DNA of 64,000 nt, taken from Bacteroidales bacterium. GTDB lineage: Bacteria; Bacteroidota; Bacteroidia; Bacteroidales; WCHB1-69. This document shows, one piece after another, positions 41,901 through 48,428 of the stretch (position 1 is its first letter; the number at the start of each line of letters is the position of its first letter). The position numbers were made by a program, and so were the translations under genes. Under the pieces are notes generated by a model. That model was not told where the DNA came from, ran no database searches, and was given only the letters and a program-made list of their open reading frames with translations. Where the stretch lies: contig JAZSKB010000014.1 in the NCBI GenBank assembly GCA_045534635.1, positions 25,941-89,940 on the forward strand, in the 5' to 3' direction.

Positions 41901-44900
41901 CTTGTAAATCTGGGTTATTTGCCAACAATACTTTGGTTATAGAGGTATTTCCGCTACAATTTACTGCATTGATATCTCCGTAGATAATTATTGTATTATT
42001 TGCTGAATCAGATGACATTATTAATTGATATGTGCCCACTTGGTTTTTCCATTGTTTATTTACGATTTGATAAATACTCTTCTGTCCATTAACGATAAGA
42101 ACAGGAGTATTGTTGCTATCTGCACGTAAATCTAAATTAAGAATAGAATCCGCTCTAATACCTTGAAGGGTTATATATTTGTTCATATTTACCTTCTCTT
42201 GACCGCACATAAAGGTTCCATTTCCATTATAAGGTCCTGTGCCCCAATTTTTAGATTGGGCAATAGAGATATTTGTATTATAAAATGGAAAAGATGAATT
42301 ATAAGTAGAAGAAGTTAGTGTGTATAAAAAACACATACCTTGACTTCTTCCAATTCTTTCTGGTATTTGACAGAAAATATTATTTATTTCTTCGGTAGAA
42401 AATTTATTATTACGAGCATACAATAGACGCAATGAGTCACAACCAGAAACATCTAATGTTGTTAAATTATTAGAATCTAAATAAATACAATCTAACACAG
42501 GACAATTAGAAATGAATGCACTTGTTAAAGTTCTGGTTGCAGCAGAACTACTTCCACTTAAATATACAGTTCTAAGTTTACCCATTTTTCTTAAATCTAT
42601 CGTTTTCAAACGGTGGTCGTTTACACGCAACCATTCTAAATTAGAACAGTTATAGATATTTAAATAGGTTACATTAGCATTATTTAAATCTAAGTGAACC
42701 ATATAAGGCATGAGATTAGCATCAAGACCTGTTATATTTGCATTGGTATTAGAAATATAGAATCTGCGAATATCTCCAAAAACAGTGATACTGTCGGTTT
42801 TTGTTTTGTAATTAAATGATGTAATTTCGTCTCCATTAGAAACAACTATTGTTGTATCAAAATTACCGTCTTTAATAAGGACTGCTCTACCTGCATTTAC
42901 ATTAATTCTATAAAATGGCAATACAACATCTTTTTTCGTTTTAATACCTATATAATAATCCATAACAGGATATTCACAATTGAAAGTACCTACTGTAGTA
43001 ACCGCTTTACCGCTCCAATTCCAGTTTTTCGCTGTTGCAATAGAAGCATTGGTATTTCTAAAACGAGTACTATCATCTGAAGTTGAAACCAATTTTATTG
43101 TTCCTTTATTGTTAGTAGGTCTTTGTGGCAAAGCACACATTATAGAGTCAAATCCTACTGTTGTATATTTATTTTCATCGGCTATTAAGTAGCGTAAATT
43201 AGGACAATTGTTAATATTTAAGTAAGTTTTTGTTGCAGATAAATATTGTTGTCTGATATTTGCTGTGTAGAAAGTTTTACCTCCGTAACTTGCATAATAT
43301 TTATCAGATGTTTGTATTGTTGTTACATTAGGCAATTTATTAAAACCATAAGAATTACAAGTAAGTTCTTCCAAAGCAGGCAAGCCTTTACTTAAATCTA
43401 AATTAGCCAACCAATGCTTACCAAGATTAAGACGTTTTAACTTAGGACAATTTTCAATTTGAGCATTGTAAATATTGAGCATATCACCTAAATTTATGGT
43501 ATGCAAGTTTTCACATTGAATAATATTAACATAACAGGGCTCCCATTGCGGATAGAAGTCTGTACCAGAATATTGTTGTTCTCCTTCTACCTCACGGTCA
43601 TTGCAAACATAGATTTCTTCAAGCGATGAGTTAGAGTAAACCTTAATAGAATCTATATATCGGAAATAAACATCTAATTTTTTAATATTCCCATAGAAAT
43701 AGAAAACAGAGTCTGAACCTGCAGGCCATGTTATACCACTTTCACCTATATATACATTCAAAGTCGGAGAATTTTGACCAACTATGTTTCTATGTCCACC
43801 CCATTGTATAACAATATCAGGATATTGTGTATTTTCTCCTTTTTGTATTCTCCAACTAAAATATCCTGTTGGATCATAAGGACGTTTTGTTCTTATTTCT
43901 ACACAACTAGAAAAATCTACCTTTGAATATAACTGCATATCATTACAAGTTACTGTATATATAGGACTTGCAAGAAGAGGAATATTATTTCCATTAGAAT
44001 ATTTATATGTCCAATTTTTATTTGTTCCTAAAGTAAAGCAACAACTTCGGATTGCAGCTACATCTTCATTTGTATTATAGGCATATATTGTCGCATTATT
44101 ACTAGCAGATCTTGAAGGTAAGGCACAGAAAAACATATCCCATGAAGCAGAATTGAACCTATTTCCTGCCATCCATATAGTCACAAGTTGTGACCTGTTA
44201 GATGGTGGCAATTTTATATCTGCTATACCATTACCATCTATTTCTAAATCTGTTAAATTGATTTGATTAGTTATATCTAACTTAACAATTTTATTATTCT
44301 TAAGGTTAAGATATTTCAAATTTTGACACTTTGCTAAATCTATTTGAGTAAGTCCTAATTCACGAAGATTAAGCCTTTCTAAATCAACACTTTTTATTTC
44401 TATATCTTTAATACCATTTTGGTTTTCCAATGCAAAAACTCTAAAGTCACCATAAATGGTAACAATAGTATCTGTTGCAGGAATTCGATAAGTAGAAGAA
44501 TAAGTACCTGACATAGTAGTATATCCATATCCAGCAGGACGAACCAAAGTGTCCATATCTCCACAAATAATTCTTACCCATTCTTTTTTTCCATTAGCAA
44601 TATATCCAAGGTTTACCGTTACCATAGAATCTTTTGCTACCGTTATTTTTGCATAATTATCAGAAATAAAAGAACAAGGTTCTTGTCCGTTTGTTTTAAT
44701 ATTACTATTAATAGCAGTAGCAGCGACAATTCTCCATTTTTTTGCATTCAAATCTACTGTTGACATATTGAGAACCGTATAATAATCTGGGTCTGAAGGG
44801 GTGTTGCTATATATTGGAACAAATCTTTTATCACTCGTGACGTTGTTGTCAGGGAAAGCACACACTATTTTATTGAGTTCTTCTGTGGTAAAGGCATTTT

Positions 44901-46677
44901 TATAACAATACAAATATTTTAATTTTGTAGCCTTAGAAACATCTAAAGAAGCAATCTCATTGTTGAAACAGAACAAAGATGTAAGTTCAGTATTGTGAGT
45001 AATATCTAAACCATACAATTTTTGTTGGTTATCGCTACAAGTAAAAGAAACAATATCTCCATAAATAGTAATATTATCAGAACGAGGAACGATATTGATA
45101 GCCATCCCAATATTGTTAGCGGTAAAAACAGTATCAAAAGCACCAGAGATAACACGTATAGGTGTTCCTACCGCGACTACATCAAAAGATAAATTGATAC
45201 GCTCTCCGCGGATAACATCTAATGAAATATATCTGTCTAAATTAGCACAATTGTGATTACCTGTTGTCGCAGGAATATCTATAGCACCAGTATATGTCCT
45301 CACTGTCCAATTTTTATTTTTTGCTATATTGGAATTTGTTTTAATAAATTCATTGTAATCAGTATTACCAATACTACCAATAGGGTAGAAAGATCCTTTA
45401 GAATTAGCAGGACATGTAGGCAACGCACACATTATTTTATCGTATGTAATAGCCGATAAAGATATATCATTAGCACAATTAACGTAATTTAAGTCTGGAA
45501 GATTTCCCAAGGTTACATCCGTTAACTTAGACAAGTCATTAATATACAATGTTTTAAGGTTTTTAAAATTAGAAACATCTACACTATAGATATATTGATT
45601 GTTGTTGCTATGATAAAGGCAAAAGGTTTGTACTTCACCATAAATAGTTAAAATGGTATCGCCAGCTTTTATTGTTCTCCAAGCGCCATTACCTTTAGGA
45701 ACTAAAGTATTATAAGTTTCATTACCAGAAACAGCGTAAATATATATATCTTTGTCATTATTTCTTGCAACAAAGGATATGTCTTTCCCTTTCTCAACAC
45801 GGAGGGTAGCGTATTGGTATAAATTAACACCATCACATTCGTATGTTCCTATAGAGTTAAATTCTTGTCCAGAATAGAATACTACGTTCCAATTTTTGGC
45901 TTTTGCAGTAGAAAAATTAGCGTTATAGAAATTATCATAATAAGAGGTCGTGTTATTTACAACTGTAATTTTTCCTTTCGCATTTATAGTACGTACTGGT
46001 AATTTACATATCAAATTATCAATATCAGCAGTAGATAAATTAGAAGCGTAAGTAGTGATGTCTTTTAAATTAGGAGCAAAGTTAGTATCAGGAAGAATCA
46101 ATGAGGTTAAATTATAATTATTGTGTAGAAACAATGCTTCCAATTTTTCGTGACAAGTAGATAAATCTAATGTAGAAATAGAATTGTACGATAGATTAAG
46201 AGTTTTCAAATTAGAAAGATTGTTAAGTGTTACCGTTTCTATACCAGTATAGCCACCAGAACCGACGGATAAATACGTTAAATATGGATTGTTAACAATA
46301 TTAACAGACTTCATATTGTATTGGTTATTTAAAAAAACTTGTGTTACTTGAGAGTTTTGCAAATTAAAATCCAATATCACATAGCCTGAGGGGGTATAAA
46401 TATAATTTATATTTCCATAAATTCTTAATATCGTATCAGTAGATACTATCTTATTAAAAGATCTATTCCCCGCAGAAATTGTGCTACTATATTGGTTTTG
46501 TCCACCAACAATCAGAACTGGAGTATTCGCTGCTTTTGCAGCCAAGGTTATGTATGAAATGGTATCCCCTGGCTTAACTTTAAAGGTAATGTAATTGTTC
46601 ATGTCTTGTCCCCAAGCGGCATTAAAGCACAGCAAAATCAGGGACACTAACGTAATAAATTTTCTAAATCTTTTCAT
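32980..46677 (-). CDS. giant (4565 aa) modular leucine-rich-repeat surface protein with T9SS type A sorting domain (BspA-like)
   Basis: Uninterrupted 13.7-kb ORF with a signal peptide (MKRFRKFITLVSLILLCFNAAWGQ). I count 16 modules, each with a beta-sandwich-like segment (..IYGD..LDCS.N), 22-23-aa LRRs (L..L.C..N.LT.LDLS.N) and a cap motif (FTTQAFDDLMCSMP...G.F.PL). The C-terminus reads ITVYPNPANTTINI...KGMYYIKIDNTTAKFVKQ. Confidence 0.9.
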   Translation of the reverse strand: MKRFRKFITLVSLILLCFNAAWGQDMNNYITFKVKPGDTISYITLAAKAANTPVLIVGGQNQYSSTISAGNRSFNKIVSTDTILRIYGNINYIYTPSGYVILDFNLQNSQVTQVFLNNQYNMKSVNIVNNPYLTYLSVGSGGYTGIETVTLNNLSNLKTLNLSYNSISTLDLSTCHEKLEALFLHNNYNLTSLILPDTNFAPNLKDITTYASNLSTADIDNLICKLPVRTINAKGKITVVNNTTSYYDNFYNANFSTAKAKNWNVVFYSGQEFNSIGTYECDGVNLYQYATLRVEKGKDISFVARNNDKDIYIYAVSGNETYNTLVPKGNGAWRTIKAGDTILTIYGEVQTFCLYHSNNNQYIYSVDVSNFKNLKTLYINDLSKLTDVTLGNLPDLNYVNCANDISLSAITYDKIMCALPTCPANSKGSFYPIGSIGNTDYNEFIKTNSNIAKNKNWTVRTYTGAIDIPATTGNHNCANLDRYISLDVIRGERINLSFDVVAVGTPIRVISGAFDTVFTANNIGMAINIVPRSDNITIYGDIVSFTCSDNQQKLYGLDITHNTELTSLFCFNNEIASLDVSKATKLKYLYCYKNAFTTEELNKIVCAFPDNNVTSDKRFVPIYSNTPSDPDYYTVLNMSTVDLNAKKWRIVAATAINSNIKTNGQEPCSFISDNYAKITVAKDSMVTVNLGYIANGKKEWVRIICGDMDTLVRPAGYGYTTMSGTYSSTYRIPATDTIVTIYGDFRVFALENQNGIKDIEIKSVDLERLNLRELGLTQIDLAKCQNLKYLNLKNNKIVKLDITNQINLTDLEIDGNGIADIKLPPSNRSQLVTIWMAGNRFNSASWDMFFCALPSRSASNNATIYAYNTNEDVAAIRSCCFTLGTNKNWTYKYSNGNNIPLLASPIYTVTCNDMQLYSKVDFSSCVEIRTKRPYDPTGYFSWRIQKGENTQYPDIVIQWGGHRNIVGQNSPTLNVYIGESGITWPAGSDSVFYFYGNIKKLDVYFRYIDSIKVYSNSSLEEIYVCNDREVEGEQQYSGTDFYPQWEPCYVNIIQCENLHTINLGDMLNIYNAQIENCPKLKRLNLGKHWLANLDLSKGLPALEELTCNSYGFNKLPNVTTIQTSDKYYASYGGKTFYTANIRQQYLSATKTYLNINNCPNLRYLIADENKYTTVGFDSIMCALPQRPTNNKGTIKLVSTSDDSTRFRNTNASIATAKNWNWSGKAVTTVGTFNCEYPVMDYYIGIKTKKDVVLPFYRINVNAGRAVLIKDGNFDTTIVVSNGDEITSFNYKTKTDSITVFGDIRRFYISNTNANITGLDANLMPYMVHLDLNNANVTYLNIYNCSNLEWLRVNDHRLKTIDLRKMGKLRTVYLSGSSSAATRTLTSAFISNCPVLDCIYLDSNNLTTLDVSGCDSLRLLYARNNKFSTEEINNIFCQIPERIGRSQGMCFLYTLTSSTYNSSFPFYNTNISIAQSKNWGTGPYNGNGTFMCGQEKVNMNKYITLQGIRADSILNLDLRADSNNTPVLIVNGQKSIYQIVNKQWKNQVGTYQLIMSSDSANNTIIIYGDINAVNCSGNTSITKVLLANNPDLQVFNCSGTSIKSLNVSQNPKLMDIGIADCPFTTQSYNDMMCGICPKPANQAYAYIRPFRTNTNTTLDPCYQRFVEANVMNAMSKGWSVATIDEGVQPNFTSGIPYPCPVLDTTTSVSLTVTQGKWIKLDFSADSAFTVVSVVSGGYDTTFTLVNPNQSTPLYFYADATTMTIYGKIATLDCSNNSTFITGLNVSKNTRLTSLNCGRNKLTSLTLGNNAKLTYLNCYTNDLTSLNISNLPNLDSLYCSINKLTSLDISNNTKLKLCNAMENQIATLTVGQNTALEQLYCYSNKLTTLDVSTLTSLVNLKCHANELKTLDVSKNLALEELICTRNKITTLNLGTNTVLKNLSCVNNRLQSLSVTLNTALCTLMCDSNYLLDLDISRNTALKYISCGNNLFTTESYNQMMCNIVSVPGSENCRFLPVYNTTTTNADYKAFMAANANIAKNKGWKVGFGNSINTNITTTGTYTCPTVNTSSYIQMDVAQGETIKFKLMAPSSIQVRVISGALDTFVFATTGWSKVINITAGAPNIQIYGDVNGLDCGGNYENISDINVSHNRSICTLYCDRNNLTSLDVSNCLSLTDLYCFQNKIHDLNLANTPALKRLRCNDDSLTGLDLSSCFSLEYLDCYSNKLSYLDISSCPNLKELRCANNKLQSLDLTEAQALTSLDCEYNELTSLDVNTCASLEQLICRNNHIATLNVSLCTTLVDLDCSNNALTELDMNGCSSLNALSCQQNQLKSINVNNSKSINYLVCFENRFSTVDFDNLMCGLPMMSKGSGNFYPLKDNKDADSSIFHLANSNIAKVKKWNVNYFNSQTAISETEGTYICPQIAPETEVILYVKQGESVKLRMGASLPNSLIRVTSGGIDNLVTADTTFTDFQTFIADDAIVTITGLLSALDCSNNGDKITGIEIKNAHSLRYLDCSHNAISSLDLSPDATGKRSLKYLDCSFNKIASLIFYNDTLLETLLCNNNEIKDIFIDNNKYLQVINCSFNSIPSLTIKKFNFLRELYCNDNNLTLLNINSNIALETLHCFNNKLKSLNCNNNVALTDVRVYGNLFTFSKFNDIMCSLPTIVGTQATFVPLYNPSDMLAYVFGSANSNIATEKSWNVIYNDNTTIPFTTGDYICPFVNNSNVMTLKTKQGRQINLKLLADTAETYVRVSCGSLDTTFAINDTWSDAMPFYAADDDILYIYGDASGLDCSENGANISNIEVFNNANLKHLNCAKNSLTRLNVSKNKLLETLICNDNILKALDVRANTQLRTLTCYSNYFTSQAYNELMCSMPIITVGKGNFYPMYNSNNDTAFMSSNSTIASGKLWNVLYSNNTPIASTNGTYACPVIDTTSIIALNVQKNQEIKFKLNASTNNSAVNVVSGSLDTIVYVGLNSTGVISYISDADTMHIYGDVQSFDCNSNNTNILGLTVVNNATLENLVCNDNSISSLDLSTATSLVNLTCNNNNILSLDVSQSPALNTLICNNNSIATLDLTQNTSLEYLNANANRLTSLNIDYLSDLKSLHCEENNLVGFNLSTNTSLEELFCSKNNLNDLDLSQNVNLQEVYCQFNTLNTLTTGGAESLTILHCYNNLLTSLDLSTNTNLQEVYCYTNNLTSLNVNNDSVLRILDCSSNQLDQLNLNSNVALENLNCNINNLTSIDLSNNTALTNLSLNKNQLTSLNLINNEALVEIACDNNKLNTLDVTFNIALEKLSCNDNLLASLDVSRNRGLRYLSIYGNAFTTLNYNDVMCSMPFLGNETGTFYPLYDKNDNNYSEFIATNSTLAKNKNWTVNYADKNVTIPNTTDENYVCPANMNRYTIFDVPQGGQINFMVKGEVPNTAVMIVGVNINGKNDTTIIVDTAWTNVLNFTTLSDMVVVYGNVVGMHCEQNAENILGVSVTNDVLTYLNCSDDSLYTLNVDKAPMLTYLYCANNNLSTLNVNNNPALIELDCHNNVITNLNVDENAQLTLLNCSFNNLDSLDVSPTPLLENLNCANNNISNLLVKQNLKLHTLNCANNNLEELVVVPNVELHTLDCSNNNLQDLDITNNSRLTALNCSSNQLTSLDLSYNPSIVRVACFNNLFSTQAFDDLMCSMPIVSNGIGLFFPLNDTYDNNDSLFKEANAITAMAKNWDVAYYSAFDPIYTNGTYVCPANMNNFVTMNVKQNEPIAIDVMSNLAIAPIRVISGRYDTTIYISNNWSGIINYTSEDTIMTVYGDFIALNCANNADNIIAIDASNAQITELNCESNAISSLILPQNATLESLNCASNQLLNLNLNNSSALVELNCANNTLSDLDLSQNVALEVLDCSGNNLAILDVNNNIALNTLICYNNPFTTQTYDDLMCSMPFAVNNTGNFFPLYDINDVNDTIFNNANANTANIKNWNVAYFSTNDVISTIGVWICPVDTNNFITLNVTPNEPIAFDIHSQLTTAVKIVNGSFDTIVYIGNTWYGKTSYIADMNTITIYGNVESFDCANNTEILSINISNNTGLAYLDCSNSAQTSLDLSQNAALNVLNCANNNLSTLDINNNIALKELNCANNNLAGLTLSQNTALEVLNCTDNYLTTLDVAANNALNTLICYNNPFTTQAFDDLMCSMPTVVNNVGIFTPLFDDVDANYTQFMAANSSIALTKNWNVIYANATDVPATNGKFSCNLNMNQFITVDIAPNARINIGFTGNYFDAVVRVISGTTDTILFLDTTWTYLTFLSDDNAMIIYGDLEKFDCSNNGLSINAINVDNNTILTYLNCSSNNISNLNVANNTALNTLFTNSTQLSNLDVSKNLALTSLYCNNNNLTTLDVANNTQLEILACNNNALTSLDLSANTALNYLACYGNNFTSKDYDLLMCSMNQIDSVIGKFFPLRASSDPNYTQFMAANSNTAINKNWDVLYYSVNVNIPETRGKYDCFTGLDEVETEQITVYPNPANTTINITGVTAEHVDIYDITGRLILTVPTNGDEIVTINVSELAKGMYYIKIDNTTAKFVKQ

Positions 46678-46730
46678 ATTTGCAATATAATTTTAAATTA
46701 ATAATTCTTTTTTTTTACTTTCTACATTAA

Positions 46731-46744
46731 TATATATATATATA
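46731..46744. repeat. (TA)7 dinucleotide microsatellite in the leader of the giant LRR gene
   Basis: tatatatatatata lies 54-67 nt upstream of the ATG at 46677. Confidence 0.9.
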
Positions 46745-46949
46745 AGCGTTATCGCTTATCGTTTGGAGTTGCCCTTTTTGTTTTTCAACAACAGGCATTG
46801 AGGTTAAAGAACAATGTTTGTAAACAAACCTCTTATATGGAGGCGTTTTACTAATGTCAAAAAATACTTTTTTCTTCATACGTGATAAATTTTTATTTAT
46901 ATTAATATTCTATTTCTTCTATTTCTATTTCTCATTTTTCAGCAAATTC

Positions 46950-47040
46950 AGTGATAACCCCGCAAAGTTGTAAGTACCCCCTACGTAATGCTCTACGAGT
47001 ACATACAGCCTGCGTTCACACCTAAAGTGCTAATACTTAA
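46950..47040 (-). other. GC-rich, imperfectly self-complementary element in the leader of the giant gene (candidate cis-regulatory RNA structure)
   Basis: The minus strand reads AGCACUUUAGGUGUGAACGCAGGCUGUAUGUACUCGUAGAGCAUUACGUAGGGGGUACUUACAACUUUGCGGGGUUAUCACUGAAUUUGCU. Outer arms AGCA/UGCU, GUGA/UCAC and CGCAGG/CUUUGCG pair, as do the inner arms CGUA/UACG. It stands out from a surrounding spacer that is about 20% GC by eye. Confidence 0.3.
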
Positions 47041-47122
47041 TTGATTTTAATGTTAATAAATATGTTCATAAATAGTTTAAACTTTTTTACTTAATAAAAA
47101 ACTAACGTTATATTTCAGCCAG

Positions 47123-47130
47123 CAAAGATA
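47123..47130 (-). promoter_or_regulatory. -7 box TATCTTTG, distal promoter candidate for the giant LRR gene
   Basis: GTTATCTTTGCTGG on the minus strand, about 445 nt upstream of the ATG at 46677. It is the only exact TAnnTTTG I see between the array and the gene. Next to the ATG there is only the near-miss TATATTGCAAA. Confidence 0.5.
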
Positions 47131-47260
47131 ACACTTTTTTTTATACAAAACAACATTTTACAAAAAAAAGTGCAAAAAGTGCAAAATTTTTCTTCTTCAA
47201 TGAAATTTTTCAAAAAACTCTTGCTCCAAATGTGTTCTATTGAAATTCGTTTTTGTCTCA

Positions 47261-48273
47261 AAAAAAAGGCTACTTGGAAAGTAGCCCAAAAATTATATTA
47301 ACTAAATTAAATAAAATAAAATCGTGCTACCTTTCGTAGCATACTTATAACGTAAGAAAATACAAATTATTGTATGCGTGAAAAAAAATTGTTTCACTTG
47401 TTTTCATCAAAAAAAAAGGGCTACTTGGGAGGTAGCCCCGAAAAAAAACAAGATTTGCTGAATTATCAGCAATAAATACTGCATTGTTTATAACGTAAGA
47501 AAGTACAAATTATTGTATGCGTATAAAAAAAGGGGCTACTTAGAAAGTAGCCCATAATTAAAATATTTAAAAACATAAAATGCTGTAGGAATAACAACAA
47601 CATTATTTGTAAAAGAACGTAAAAAATTACAAAATATTGTATGCGTAAAAAAAGGGGCTACTTGTATGTAACCCCCTATCATGAAAAAAATAATTTTTAA
47701 GCTGTAGGAATAACAACAAAAACATATTTATAACGTGAGAAAATACAATTTATTGTATGTGTGTAAAAAAATAGGACCACCTGAGAAGTGGTCCCGAAAC
47801 CATAAAAGAAACTGCTATAATTATATAGCAACAATTACTGCATTGTTTATAACGTAAGAAATTACAAATTATTGTATACGTACAAAAAAAGGGGCTACTT
47901 GTATGTAACCCCTATTATGAAAAAGCTTATTATAATAATAGCTACGTTTTTATAACGTAAAAAATTACAAATTATTGTATGCGTATAAAAAAAGGGCTAC
48001 TTAGAAAGTAGCCCCCGAAAATTAATCAAAACAATAATTCATTTTTTTCAGATAAATATGAAAATCTTAGTAATATAGCAATATTACTTGTAATGATAAC
48101 GTAACAAATAAAAAAATATTGTTATAAGTACAAAAAAAAAGGGCTACTTGGAAAGTAGCCCCGAAAAATATTAAATTAAATTCAAGAATTAAGAATTCTG
48201 CAATTATAATAACAACATTGTTTATAAAAAAACGTAAAAAAGTACAAATTATTGTATCTGTGTAAAAAAAATC
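47261..48273 (-). repeat. tandem array of 8 units (period 103-150 bp), each a conserved ~40-nt box, a variable hairpin and a terminator-like GC hairpin; candidate multicopy sRNA genes
   Basis: GC hairpins are at 47268-47287, 47418-47439, 47532-47553, 47654-47675, 47774-47794, 47891-47912, 47994-48014 and 48141-48161. Each is preceded on the plus strand by A7-9, which reads as a U-tract after the hairpin on the minus strand. Boxes are at 47344-47380, 47482-47523, 47601-47647, 47723-47765, 47841-47883, 47945-47985, 48092-48131 and 48216-48264. Confidence 0.75.
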
Positions 48274-48292
48274 AAACACCAATAAGCAAAAA

Positions 48293-48385
48293 AAATACGC
48301 TCAGAGGTGTTTTTGATAAAAAAGATTTTACGCTGGGAGGTGTTTTTTGCAAAAAAGATTTTACGCTCAGAGTAATTTTTTTTTG
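48293..48385. repeat. 33-bp tandem repeat, 3 copies (ACGCT[CAG/GGG]AGGTGTTTTTTG-AAAAAAGATTTT)
   Basis: ACGCT anchors at 48297, 48330 and 48363 give an exact 33-bp period. The cluster lies immediately upstream of the ATPase promoter. Confidence 0.85.
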
Positions 48386-48403
48386 TAATTAAATAATTTT
48401 TAG

Positions 48404-48411
48404 TATCTTTG
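48404..48411 (+). promoter_or_regulatory. -7 box TATCTTTG (AAA ATPase)
   Basis: TATCTTTGCAAAA, 17 nt before the ATG at 48429. Confidence 0.7.
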
Positions 48412-48428
48412 CAAAAAAATAAAATGTT

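Noticed and set aside
34660-43192. About a dozen plus-strand ORFs (60-155 aa) inside the giant LRR gene
   Set aside because: All are antisense to an uninterrupted 13.7-kb ORF, and they repeat because the sense gene is repetitive (for example the recurrent ..HRTH* ends opposite MCSMP). None has a promoter box.
46950-47040. GC-rich ~85-nt patch as a possible tRNA or other housekeeping RNA
   Set aside because: It has no GTTC-type T-arm, no D-arm consensus and no acceptor/CCA geometry on either strand. I kept it only as a candidate leader structure.
47261-48273. Possible CRISPR array (regularly spaced repeats with variable intervening sequence)
   Set aside because: The repeats are about 70 nt, composite (box + A-run + hairpin) and clearly divergent between copies, including whole-stem replacements. 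The spacers vary from 35 to 77 nt, there are no cas genes in the window, and every hairpin is a terminator on the minus strand. This is not CRISPR-like.
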